64,000 nucleotides of DNA from an uncultured Mollicutes bacterium. Its GTDB lineage: Bacteria; Bacillota_I; Bacilli_A; RFN20; CAG-826. The notes beneath the pieces are model-generated. The model saw nothing but the letters and a program-made list of their open reading frames with translations. It was not told the DNA's origin and searched no databases. The stretch covers positions 64,715 through 128,714 of the forward strand of contig UQFY01000003.1 of assembly GCA_900540385.1 (NCBI GenBank). The letters are read 5' to 3'. The position numbers and the translations under genes were made by a program. Position 1 is the stretch's first letter, and every line of letters starts with the position of its first letter. This document shows, piece by piece, positions 53,988 through 63,268 of this stretch.

Positions 53988-54896
53988 ATGATATTACTTA
54001 AAGCGATTGGTGCATTCTTCGTTAAGATTTGGCGTTGGATCAAGGAAACTGCTTGGGTCCAACCGTTACTTATCGTTGGTGCCATCTTTGCGATTATTTT
54101 CTCCATTCCTTACATCACGAAATGGGCACAGTCCTTCTCTGGTTCAGAAAACGGACAATTCTTCAAACAATACGATGTCTCTATTAATAACGAAGAATTT
54201 ACTTCCGGTAAACGTGTTACCGATGGCGATAATCTTTCCCAAGACTTATATGAAAACACATTAAAAGCATATAACGATGAAGAACACGCTACCAAAGCCG
54301 CTGATTACAAGGACTTCACCGACAAATATGGTGAGAAATTCTTCCTTGTTTTCTACAAGAAAGACAATGCTTCTTCCGATAATATCGAATCTGGCTTACG
54401 TTATTTGAAAAACAACTGGAACGCTTCCCAATACAATCTTTCTGTCAATGATGATAAAGATCTTGCCTTTAACTTAAAAGCTATCGATGCAACCTTCACT
54501 TCCGATAATGATTCCGAATATACCATTACCATTGGTGGACAAAGCGCATTCAATCGTTTCCTTTATACCAATGCCAATTTGTTCAACATCGCTGGTCCAG
54601 TTCTTTCCGAAACTTCTTATCGCACCAGAGCTTCCGTTGCCGAAACTTCTTATGATCAATTTGGTTTAAATAACACCAGCAGTTCTACTGCTAATGTCTT
54701 AAGCGAATTCCCTCTTCCATGTGTTTGCTTAGTCGATTTCACCGATAAAGCGCTCTCTGCTGGACGTGGCGGATTAAGCGAAATTCTCTTCAGCGTTTCT
54801 GGTGACTCTGAATTGGATCGCGCCAAACTTCTTCTAAATATGTGGAACCACACAGACGAATTTAGCACCACAAATCTCTTCACCAAACAAGCCTAA
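53988..54896 (+). CDS. Membrane-anchored extracytoplasmic protein of unknown function
   Basis: GGAGG SD and a single N-terminal TM helix (WVQPLLIVGAIFAIIFSIPYI). There may be a degenerate thioredoxin-like strand, EKFFLVFYKKDNASS, but it lacks CxxC. Confidence 0.55.
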   Translation: MILLKAIGAFFVKIWRWIKETAWVQPLLIVGAIFAIIFSIPYITKWAQSFSGSENGQFFKQYDVSINNEEFTSGKRVTDGDNLSQDLYENTLKAYNDEEHATKAADYKDFTDKYGEKFFLVFYKKDNASSDNIESGLRYLKNNWNASQYNLSVNDDKDLAFNLKAIDATFTSDNDSEYTITIGGQSAFNRFLYTNANLFNIAGPVLSETSYRTRASVAETSYDQFGLNNTSSSTANVLSEFPLPCVCLVDFTDKALSAGRGGLSEILFSVSGDSELDRAKLLLNMWNHTDEFSTTNLFTKQA

Positions 54897-54966
54897 TTAT
54901 TTGAAGACATTTAAAAAGCCGTTAACATCATCGTTAACGGTTTTTCTTTTCCTTATTATTAATAGC

Positions 54967-55440
54967 TTATTTTCTTTTCTTGTAATGTTCTAAAACAACA
55001 GCAGGAACCAAAGAGGAAATATCCACACCGTTCTTTTCGAGTTCATTTACCGAAGAAGAAGAAATAAACGTTTCTTCTTTTCTCGCCATGAAGAAGACCA
55101 TATCAATGTTTGGATTGGCGAATTCATTGGACGCAGCTAATTGAAACTCGTATTCAAAATCTGTTACAGCGCGAAGACCACGAATGATGTGTTTGGCTCC
55201 AACCTTTTCGCAATATTTCACAACAAGACCTGGATCATAATCAATTAAAGCGCCAGGAATGTCCTTTGTAGCTTCCTTCATCATCTCCAGTCTTTCTTCC
55301 ACGGAGAAAGAAGATTTCTTCGCCGGATTCACCGCTAAAAGAAGAACGACTTTGTCAAACACTTGCAAAGATCTTTTTAAAACACCGATGTGACCGTTCG
55401 TAATAGGGTCAAAAGAACCAGGGTATACAGCGATTTTCAT
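54967..55440 (-). CDS. coaD: Phosphopantetheine adenylyltransferase
   Basis: YPGSFDPITNGHIGVLKRS (HxGH-type motif) and ISSSSVNEL. Confidence 0.95.
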   Translation of the reverse strand: MKIAVYPGSFDPITNGHIGVLKRSLQVFDKVVLLLAVNPAKKSSFSVEERLEMMKEATKDIPGALIDYDPGLVVKYCEKVGAKHIIRGLRAVTDFEYEFQLAASNEFANPNIDMVFFMARKEETFISSSSVNELEKNGVDISSLVPAVVLEHYKKRK

Positions 55441-55443
55441 TTC

Positions 55444-55977
55444 TTACCTCCAAAGGATTTTAATTTTATTTCGCCCGTAACGGTAATTTCTTACTTCACG
55501 AAACGGGGTTTCATCTATTTTTATTTCATTTTCATATTCTAAAACAATGACACCATCCTCTTTTAAGATGTTCTTTTCAAGAAGGAGGGAGACTCCTTTT
55601 TGATAGAAATCTATATCCTTATAAGGAGGATCCATAAGAACGATGTCCACTTGAGAAGGAAGATTCAAAAGAGCCTTCTCATAGGACATATTCCAAACGT
55701 GAGCGTTATTCTCTTTTAAAGATGAAAGATTCTTTTGGATGATTTTGCAAGCATCCAAAGATAAATCTACAAAATGAGCGTATTTTGCTCCACGGGAAAG
55801 CATCTCAATCCCTAAAGCACCAGAACCCGCGAACATATCAAGAACAACGGCACCAGGAATCTTTTCTCTTAAAGCGTTTGCTAACGCTTCTCTTACCATG
55901 CTTTTTGTTGGAACGGTAACGAGAGGAGGGACTTCTAAGAGCCTAGAACGATATTTTCCACCTGCTACTTTTAACAT
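55444..55977 (-). CDS. rsmD: 16S rRNA (guanine966-N2)-methyltransferase RsmD
   Basis: VLDMFAGSGALGIEMLSRGA and the DPPY motif (VLMDPPYK). The conserved rsmD-coaD pairing supports the call. Confidence 0.9.
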   Translation of the reverse strand: MLKVAGGKYRSRLLEVPPLVTVPTKSMVREALANALREKIPGAVVLDMFAGSGALGIEMLSRGAKYAHFVDLSLDACKIIQKNLSSLKENNAHVWNMSYEKALLNLPSQVDIVLMDPPYKDIDFYQKGVSLLLEKNILKEDGVIVLEYENEIKIDETPFREVRNYRYGRNKIKILWR

Positions 55978-56352
55978 TCATTTTGCCTCATGAGAAAGAG
56001 TTTTAGACCGAAATGGGCCAAAAAGAATATCATCCATTTGCATATACAAATCGCGAATTGGAACGTAAAGAGAATTATATTCTTGAACAAGAGGATGACT
56101 ATCCAAAGCTAATTTAGCCTCATAAAGAGCTTTTTCGTAGGCTTTTGCTTCAAGAGAATCCTCTTTTGCATAAGAAAGGACTGTCTCATATTCACGTTCT
56201 AGCCTATCTTTCTTTTGGCTAAGCTCAATGACTTCAGGATTAGAAAATAGTTCTTCTTCCAATTGATTGAGGCGAAGAATTCTAGGATCCTCCTTAAGAG
56301 CTTTCGCTAAGGATTCAACGGATTTAATTATCTCTTCATTCATAATCAACAT
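55978..56352 (-). CDS. YlbF/YmcA-family protein
   Basis: A helical protein of about 120 aa in the conserved Firmicutes position upstream of rsmD-coaD. The pattern matches UPF0342/YlbF as I recall it. Confidence 0.6.
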   Translation of the reverse strand: MLIMNEEIIKSVESLAKALKEDPRILRLNQLEEELFSNPEVIELSQKKDRLEREYETVLSYAKEDSLEAKAYEKALYEAKLALDSHPLVQEYNSLYVPIRDLYMQMDDILFGPFRSKTLSHEAK

Positions 56353-56392
56353 TTTAACGATTTTCTATTTTCTATGCTACAATTCCTCATAT

Positions 56393-56944
56393 ATGAATCT
56401 CAAAATTGTTAAAGACACAAATCCTAGAATCCACCAACCTTCTACACCTGTAAGTATGCCTCTTTCTGAAGAGGATCGTGAAATCATTGATAAAATGTTT
56501 GATTACTTAAAAGAAACTCAAGATCCTTCTTTTAGAGAAAAACATCCTGGCGTCCGAGAAGGCGTTGGCTTAGCCGCCCCACAAATTGGGGTCTATAAGA
56601 ACATGCTCGTCATTTATTACCCAGTCGGTGAAAATGAAGAATATGTGCAATATAAACTAATAAATCCAAAAATTGTGGCTAACTCCGTGAAGAAATGTTT
56701 TTTAGAATCCGGAGAAGGCTGTTTATCCGTTGATGGGGAGCATCCTGGGTATGCCTATCGTGATTTTAAAGTCACTGTGAAGGCTTTCGATACTATTCAA
56801 AATAAAGACATAATCATCAACGCAAGAGGTTTCGACGCCATTGTTTTGCAGCATGAGATCGATCACCTTTCTGGCATTTTCTTCTATGATAGGATTGATA
56901 AAAAAGAACCGTTTAAAAAAGTGATGGGTGCAATTGCCATCTAG
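56393..56944 (+). CDS. def: Peptide deformylase
   Basis: Motifs GVGLAAPQIG, EGCLSV and QHEIDHLSG. I prefer the ATG at 56393; the longer ORF runs antisense into ylbF. Confidence 0.95.
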   Translation: MNLKIVKDTNPRIHQPSTPVSMPLSEEDREIIDKMFDYLKETQDPSFREKHPGVREGVGLAAPQIGVYKNMLVIYYPVGENEEYVQYKLINPKIVANSVKKCFLESGEGCLSVDGEHPGYAYRDFKVTVKAFDTIQNKDIIINARGFDAIVLQHEIDHLSGIFFYDRIDKKEPFKKVMGAIAI

Positions 56945-56972
56945 TTTTCTATCTCTTAAAATAAATGAAAAT

Positions 56973-58013
56973 ATGAAGCATAAACAGTTATCTCTTTTTC
57001 TTAGTTTCCTCTTCCTAACTTCTTGTCAGGCTGGGAACGCTTTAGAAAGACCGTATGAGGAATACCGAAACGTCCTTTCTTTTAAAGATGATACATTTAA
57101 CATACTACAGCTTACCGATATCCATTGGACCTATGTGACGAAAATCAAGGAAGCTAAAGATTATTTGCAAGCTCTTTTCCTAGATGCAAAAAAAGAAAAA
57201 AGACACGTTGATTTAGTTACCATAACCGGAGATGTTTTCTTAGAAGCAAATAAATCCATCGTTGAAGAACTCTTTTCCTTCCTTTCTTCATGGGACACCC
57301 CGATTGCTGTCACTTATGGAAATCACGACAAAGAAGGCGAATGGAATCTTGATTGGATGAACAAAATGGTTTCAACAAGCAAAAACTTTATCGCCAAAAC
57401 CCTTTCCGATAATGTTTACGGAGACACCAACTATTACATTGATATCCAAGATGGTGAAAATACACTTTGGCAAGTCTACATGATTGACTCAAATTCTTTA
57501 GCGCCGAAAGATGTCCTGAAATATCAATATGATTGTATCCATGAGAATCAAGTCAAATGGATGAAAGGCATAGCGGATGCTAGTAAGAAAGGTTCTTCTT
57601 ATCTTCCTTCATTAGGTTTTTTCCATATTCCTCCAAAAGAATACAAATTTGCAGAGGAAGCCCTTAAGAAAGACCCAAGCAAGGTTCTTTTAGGGAAGAA
57701 TGACGAAAAAGCATGCCCTACTTTAATTGATTCTTCTTTTTTCAAAACAGCCAAAGAAATCAATATGAAAGGGATGTTCTTTGGGCATGATCATGCGAAC
57801 GATTCCGTAACAAAATATGAGGAAATGATCATGGGCTATGGTGTGAAATCCAATACAGAGCTTTATTACTATAAAGACGAAAAAGGTTTTACTAAAACAG
57901 GCTATGCCTTCTATGAATTAAGAAAAGATCAAAGTTGGAGCATTCAACATACTTATATGGATTATTCCACAAGAGAAGTAAGAAGAAGTTCAATTTGGGA
58001 GTCCACTTTATGA
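56973..58013 (+). CDS. Metallophosphoesterase lipoprotein (calcineurin-like)
   Basis: Lipobox FLFLTSC|Q. Motifs LTDIHW, TGDVF, YGNHD and GHDHAND. Confidence 0.8.
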   Translation: MKHKQLSLFLSFLFLTSCQAGNALERPYEEYRNVLSFKDDTFNILQLTDIHWTYVTKIKEAKDYLQALFLDAKKEKRHVDLVTITGDVFLEANKSIVEELFSFLSSWDTPIAVTYGNHDKEGEWNLDWMNKMVSTSKNFIAKTLSDNVYGDTNYYIDIQDGENTLWQVYMIDSNSLAPKDVLKYQYDCIHENQVKWMKGIADASKKGSSYLPSLGFFHIPPKEYKFAEEALKKDPSKVLLGKNDEKACPTLIDSSFFKTAKEINMKGMFFGHDHANDSVTKYEEMIMGYGVKSNTELYYYKDEKGFTKTGYAFYELRKDQSWSIQHTYMDYSTREVRRSSIWESTL

Positions 58014-58909
58014 AACGAAGCGTTAACATTTGTCTTAAAGTTCTTGAAGTTCTGCTTTTTCTTTTTGCTTCCATCATGTTCTTCCGTGGATTTGCCTTTT
58101 TCGCATCCGATTTAGATAAGTTTTATAATCAAGGAAGAATTTTCCCGATTGAATTGGCTTACTTCACCCCTATTTATCTATTATTCGTTTTGCATTTAAT
58201 CATCTATCCTGAAAACGAAAAACGTTATCGTTTAACCACGTTAGTCAACGGAATTATTTCTGTTTGTTTAGGCCTTTTCATTATCATTATCACAAGTGTT
58301 TATTGGGGCAAAGGAATCTATTTCTTTGGGGATAAGAATTTCTCCGCTCTTTTCCCAGTCGAGCTTTATTTGATTGCGCTCTTATCCATTTTGTTTGGAG
58401 GAAGCCTTCTTTCTTTATGGAAAAGGAAGGATGTACGTGATTATTACCCTTATGAAGGAAAGATGATTCATAAAGTCTTTGGGTCTATTTTCCGTCCTTT
58501 CTACGTTTTAGTTAGCCTTTATTTCTTTGGGGGCTTCATCAATTGTTTAATTTCTGATTCTTTCTATCCTTCTTCTTTACCATATTTCCCTGTTTATATT
58601 TTGATTGTTTGGAACGCCTTGATTTTATTCTTCTATGAATTTTTCGTAAGAAACCATGGGGAAATCTCCTTTCAAATGAATAGAAAAGTCAAGATCATTG
58701 TCGCTTCATGTCACTTTGGGTTCGTTAGCATTCTTACGATAGCCATTTATTCTTTGCTGGCTTATAACCCTTATTTTGCCATTGAAAATTTCCAAGTCCT
58801 TTTACCTTTAGATTTCATGGGTTCTTTGACTCTTTTCCTTTACCTCATCAGCATTCCTTCATTTGGATATGCTCTTTATTTCTTCATCAGGGCGTTAAAA
58901 GAGAAGTGA
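58010..58909 (+). CDS. Polytopic membrane protein of unknown function
   Basis: An ATGA overlap joins it to the upstream stop. About 8 hydrophobic helices. Confidence 0.6.
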   Translation: MKRSVNICLKVLEVLLFLFASIMFFRGFAFFASDLDKFYNQGRIFPIELAYFTPIYLLFVLHLIIYPENEKRYRLTTLVNGIISVCLGLFIIIITSVYWGKGIYFFGDKNFSALFPVELYLIALLSILFGGSLLSLWKRKDVRDYYPYEGKMIHKVFGSIFRPFYVLVSLYFFGGFINCLISDSFYPSSLPYFPVYILIVWNALILFFYEFFVRNHGEISFQMNRKVKIIVASCHFGFVSILTIAIYSLLAYNPYFAIENFQVLLPLDFMGSLTLFLYLISIPSFGYALYFFIRALKEK

Positions 58910-59023
58910 TTCTTTTGGAAAACGCTTTCATAAAATTCCATAGGGAAACGTATCGCTCTTGTGGTATATTTTCTTTAGCGGAAGTACATAAAATTTCGTG
59001 ATTCATTATTGGAGGAGGCCTTT

Positions 59024-60703
59024 ATGATAGGTTTTCAAAATGGTATAAACGTCTTTGCGCTCGGCGGTTTAGGCGAAGTTGGTAAAAACACATACTGCAT
59101 TGAATCGGAGAAAAGCATTATTCTTCTTGATGCTGGCGTTCGTTTCCCCGAAGCGTCCCTTCCAGGCGTTGATTATGTCATTCCTGATTACACGTATTTA
59201 AAAAATAACCGTAATAAAATTAAAGCACTTTTTATCACCCATGGTCATGAAGACCATATCGGTGGTATTCCTTTCTTAATTCGTTCAGTTTATATTCCTG
59301 TGATTTATGCGCCAAAATTAGCGGCTGCTTTAATTCGTCACAAGTTAGAAGAAAACCGTATCAAAGATCAAATCAAAATCGTGGAATACGATTCTGATAC
59401 GATCGTAAAAATTGCTGATGATTTTGTCGTTTCTTTCTTCCGTGTTACGCACTCTATTCCAGATTCTTTTGGTATTTGCGTCGACACAAAAGAAGGGAGA
59501 ATCGTTGATACAGGCGACTTTAAAATCGATTTAACTCCTGTCGGACCTACTTTTGAAATCTCTAAAGTCGCTAAGTTAGGCACCGAAGGCGTTGATCTTT
59601 TATTAGCCGATTCCACAAATGCGGAAATTGAAGGATACACCCCATCGGAAACCCATGTTCGTAAGGGAGTCGAAGAAATTTTCGATAAAGCCCCTGCTAG
59701 AATTATTGTCTCCACCTTCTCAAGTAACATTAACCGTATCCAACAGGTGGTTGAGGTTGCTGTTGAGCATAACCGTAAGATTTGTATTTTAGGACGCTCA
59801 ATGGAAACGGTTGTTGGCATTGCCCGTCAATATGGCTATATCAAAATTCCAGATTCATCCTTAATTAAAGATGATCAGATCCGTAATTATCGCGCGAGTG
59901 AGATTTGTATTCTTTGCACCGGTTCCCAAGGAGAGAGAATGGCTGCTCTTTCCCGTATTGCAAAAGGTGAGCACAAAAACGTTCGTATCGTGCCAGGAGA
60001 TACCATTATCTTCTCCTCTAATCCAATTCCAGGAAACGGCGCTTTAATCGATACATTGGTGAACTTATTGGTCAAAGAAGGGGCGGATGTCAAGCAAAAC
60101 GGTTTGGCTTTCTCTCTTCACTCCTCTGGCCACCCATCCAGACAAGAATTACGCTTAATGCTCCGTTTGACTCAACCAAAATATTTCATGCCAGCGCATG
60201 GTGAATATCGTATGTTAAAACTTCACGGCGAGATTGCCCAGGAAGTTGGTATTCCTAAGGAAAATATCTTTATTTGCGAGAATGGAGATATGCTTCAACT
60301 ACGTAATCACGTCGTTTCTTCTTTGGGAATGCATGTTCCTGCTGATGACGTTTATATCGATGGAACGGATTTAGATGGCCTTTCTAGCGCTGTTATTAAT
60401 GATCGTGAACAATTAAAGAATAACGGTATCGTTTGCGTTCTTATGACCCTAGATTCAAAGAAGAACAGATTAATTGTTCCTCCAATCGTTTATTCTCGTG
60501 GGTTTAACGTTTCCGAAGATACGCACGTTATTCGTCATGCCCAGATGCACGCTCAGGAAGTGGTCAATCAAGTAATGGCTCATAAAGCTTCGTTTGGTGA
60601 AATTAAATCTGCTATTAAAGACGCTCTTTCCCACTATATCTATCGTCGAACAGAAAGAAGCCCGATGATTGTCCCAATCATCATGTCGAGCTCTGAAAAA
60701 TAA
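59024..60703 (+). CDS. rnj: Ribonuclease J
   Basis: GGAGGAGG SD. The metallo-beta-lactamase motif HGHEDHIGG, a beta-CASP region and a C-terminal domain are present. The 559-aa length fits. Confidence 0.95.
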   Translation: MIGFQNGINVFALGGLGEVGKNTYCIESEKSIILLDAGVRFPEASLPGVDYVIPDYTYLKNNRNKIKALFITHGHEDHIGGIPFLIRSVYIPVIYAPKLAAALIRHKLEENRIKDQIKIVEYDSDTIVKIADDFVVSFFRVTHSIPDSFGICVDTKEGRIVDTGDFKIDLTPVGPTFEISKVAKLGTEGVDLLLADSTNAEIEGYTPSETHVRKGVEEIFDKAPARIIVSTFSSNINRIQQVVEVAVEHNRKICILGRSMETVVGIARQYGYIKIPDSSLIKDDQIRNYRASEICILCTGSQGERMAALSRIAKGEHKNVRIVPGDTIIFSSNPIPGNGALIDTLVNLLVKEGADVKQNGLAFSLHSSGHPSRQELRLMLRLTQPKYFMPAHGEYRMLKLHGEIAQEVGIPKENIFICENGDMLQLRNHVVSSLGMHVPADDVYIDGTDLDGLSSAVINDREQLKNNGIVCVLMTLDSKKNRLIVPPIVYSRGFNVSEDTHVIRHAQMHAQEVVNQVMAHKASFGEIKSAIKDALSHYIYRRTERSPMIVPIIMSSSEK

Positions 60704-60704
60704 A

Positions 60705-61253
60705 ATGTTCATCCTCGCTTCCTCTTCACCAAGAAGACAACTTCTTCTCAAGAAATTAGTTTCTGATTTTATTGTTCTTTCACCTAATGTTGATGAAAGA
60801 GCTTTAGATGCTTTATACGATCCTTCCAGATTATCGAAAGAAGAAAGTCTTTTAAAAGCCTACACCATCTTCAAAGACCATCCAAACGATGAGGTTCTTT
60901 CGGCGGATACTATCGTCGTTTTAGAGAATCAAGTCCTAGGGAAGCCAAAAGATAAAGAAGACGCTGTTAGGATGTTATTAAAAGAAAGTGGCAAGAAACA
61001 GGTTGTGCTTACTTCTTATACTTACTTAGGAAAAGGAAAAGAAATCACACGAACCGTTCGCTCATTCGTTTATTTCAATCCTTTGACAGAAGAAGAAATC
61101 AGAACATACGTTGATCGTTTTCTCCCTCTCGATAAAGCAGGATCTTATGGTATACAGGACCCCTTCCCTTTAGTTTCTCGTATTGAAGGGAGTTATGACA
61201 ATATTGTGGGTCTTCCAACGGAAGATATTGCCAAGCACGTGTTTAGAAATTAG
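60705..61253 (+). CDS. maf: Maf-family nucleoside-triphosphate pyrophosphatase
   Basis: MFILASSSPRRQLLL, SADTIV and AGSYGIQD. Confidence 0.9.
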   Translation: MFILASSSPRRQLLLKKLVSDFIVLSPNVDERALDALYDPSRLSKEESLLKAYTIFKDHPNDEVLSADTIVVLENQVLGKPKDKEDAVRMLLKESGKKQVVLTSYTYLGKGKEITRTVRSFVYFNPLTEEEIRTYVDRFLPLDKAGSYGIQDPFPLVSRIEGSYDNIVGLPTEDIAKHVFRN

Positions 61254-62223
61254 CTTCTTCGGAAGCTTTTTTCTTATTTAGGTAATGCAGCAATAGGAAC
61301 ATAAAAATAGAAGCAAGCACAAAAAGAATAGAGCCAACAATATAATCCCAGGTTTGAATTTGATAGACTTTCCCAGCGATTTCTGTCCCTGTGTAATAAG
61401 GGAAGATTGAAGAGTTCACATACATAGAAACAAGAGAGCCCAAAATTAAGCCGAATATGCCAAAGAAAGTCGTCACACGATGTTTGTTAAGAAGATATTT
61501 CATGCTCTTAGAGCCAAAAAAGACACCCCCTAAAGCACCTATAGCGAACAAAAAGAGCATTACGATACCTAAGGTGATTTTTAATGAATTTCCTGAATGC
61601 CATATCGCATCAGAGCCTGTGAAAGTATTCAATAATGGGTAATAAACACCAATAACCATAAGGGACATTGATCCAGAGATTCCTGGAACAACGCATGTGA
61701 AGGCGCCAATAAATCCCCCTACAACAGCTAAAATATAAACCCACCAATAAAGAGTTCCATCTTCTTGGAAGAAACTTAATTGCCATTTAAGCAAAGCAGT
61801 CATAATTCCAAGACCTGCAGCCAAAAGAAGACAGAAAAGAAAGGAAAAAGAGCGAGAAACTCTTTCTTTTGCATTCGTTCCTCTCTTCAATTCTTTTATA
61901 GCGACAGGCAAAGATCCAAAAATCAAACCAGCAAAGAGGCTAGTTAAAGAGAATGGAGCCGCTTTGTAACCACGTTGAATACCAACAAGGGCAAGTAGAG
62001 CGCCAAGCAGAAGCCCTAAAGCATAAGGAAGAAGGAAAAGGAAGCTTTTCTTAAAGTTTTTACGAAGACTAGAGACGGCTCCGACTAAAGAGTCATAACA
62101 TCCTTCCACTACAGCAATTGTTCCAGCCGATAAACCCGCGATTGCAGCTGATATCCCTAAAGAAATTCCTTTAAGAAAATCTAACAAAAAAGATTTAAAA
62201 GAACGTTTTTGTTTTGTTTCCAT
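61243..62223 (-). CDS. DUF368-family membrane protein (PopT-like candidate undecaprenyl-phosphate translocase)
   Basis: Polytopic protein with the duplicated motif G(I/L)SAG...VPGISGS characteristic of DUF368. Confidence 0.8.
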   Translation of the reverse strand: METKQKRSFKSFLLDFLKGISLGISAAIAGLSAGTIAVVEGCYDSLVGAVSSLRKNFKKSFLFLLPYALGLLLGALLALVGIQRGYKAAPFSLTSLFAGLIFGSLPVAIKELKRGTNAKERVSRSFSFLFCLLLAAGLGIMTALLKWQLSFFQEDGTLYWWVYILAVVGGFIGAFTCVVPGISGSMSLMVIGVYYPLLNTFTGSDAIWHSGNSLKITLGIVMLFLFAIGALGGVFFGSKSMKYLLNKHRVTTFFGIFGLILGSLVSMYVNSSIFPYYTGTEIAGKVYQIQTWDYIVGSILFVLASIFMFLLLHYLNKKKASEEANF

Positions 62224-62226
62224 AAT

Positions 62227-62586
62227 CTATTCCTTAAATAAAATTTGATACACGTCCTTCGCGTTTTCTTTAAAAACGATGGTTAATTTATCACTTTTCA
62301 TGATAAAGCCTATCGCACCTGCTTTCTTTAGTTTCTCACGTTCGACCTTTGAATAATCTTTCAAATGAAGAATAATGCGAGAGCCTGATAAAGAATGAGA
62401 AAGAACGTTATCTTTTCCACCGATAGCTTGAAGATTATCATTAATATTCACTACATGGGTCGGCTCTTTTTTCTTTTTGTGGACAATATAAGAAAGAAGA
62501 ATAACAATGCCAGCAAGGCAGATTATGGCGAGAAGGATTACCCACCAAAGGTTTCTTAATAAGAATTCATCATCTAGAAATATCAT
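62227..62586 (-). CDS. Membrane-anchored protein with a PTS EIIB(Glc)-like domain lacking the phospho-cysteine
   Basis: TM helix WWVILLAIICLAGIVILLSYIV. LQAIGGKDNVLSHSLSGSRIILHLKD...LKKAGAIGF...LTIVF parallels the EIIB pattern lGG..NI....hCaTRLR..lkD, but Ser/Gly replaces Cys. Confidence 0.55.
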   Translation of the reverse strand: MIFLDDEFLLRNLWWVILLAIICLAGIVILLSYIVHKKKKEPTHVVNINDNLQAIGGKDNVLSHSLSGSRIILHLKDYSKVEREKLKKAGAIGFIMKSDKLTIVFKENAKDVYQILFKE

Positions 62587-62617
62587 ACTTGCGTTATAAT
62601 AACACCGAGGTAATAAA

Positions 62618-63199
62618 ATGAGCAACGCAATTGAAATCGAAGCAAAAGCTTTAGTCTCTAAAGCGGACTACGAAAAACTAGTTTTAAAATACAAAAACTA
62701 TGGAGCTTACATCCAAGTAAACCACTACATTGATTCCACAGATGGTATTCTTTCGAAAGAAAAATTAGCTTTAAGAATTCGTGAGAGAGATAACCATTTT
62801 GAAATGACCTTAAAAGTTCCACTCTCCCAAGGCTTATTGGAAAAGAACTGCACATGGAATAAAGAAACCTTCGTTAACTTCCGTGATAACGGCATCTTCC
62901 CTGATGGCGATATCAAGAAAATGTTAAACATGTTAGACATCCATACGAAATCCTTAAAAATCATTACTTCCTTAACCACGGAACGTATTGATGCCCCGTA
63001 TGAAAATGGCAAGCTTTCCATCGATAAGAATACTTATTCTGGCATGAACGATTACGAAATCGAATTAGAGCACAACAACGAAGGCGATGCTGAAAAATAT
63101 CTTGAGCAACTACTTAAAGAAAACGGCATTCCTTATGCTTTGAATAAAAAGAGCAAGGTTGTTCGTGCGATGGAAGCCTATCGCGCAAGCAAGAAATAA
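62618..63199 (+). CDS. CYTH-domain protein (triphosphate tunnel metalloenzyme)
   Basis: The N-terminal EIEAK motif (ExExK) and alternating charged beta-strands (ALRIRE, EMTLK, YEIELE). Confidence 0.8.
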   Translation: MSNAIEIEAKALVSKADYEKLVLKYKNYGAYIQVNHYIDSTDGILSKEKLALRIRERDNHFEMTLKVPLSQGLLEKNCTWNKETFVNFRDNGIFPDGDIKKMLNMLDIHTKSLKIITSLTTERIDAPYENGKLSIDKNTYSGMNDYEIELEHNNEGDAEKYLEQLLKENGIPYALNKKSKVVRAMEAYRASKK

Positions 63200-63268
63200 A
63201 CATTCTCTTTCTTGAGGTTACCATTCGGTAACCTTTTTCTTTGCCCTTCTTTTAACTATAATTTCTTT

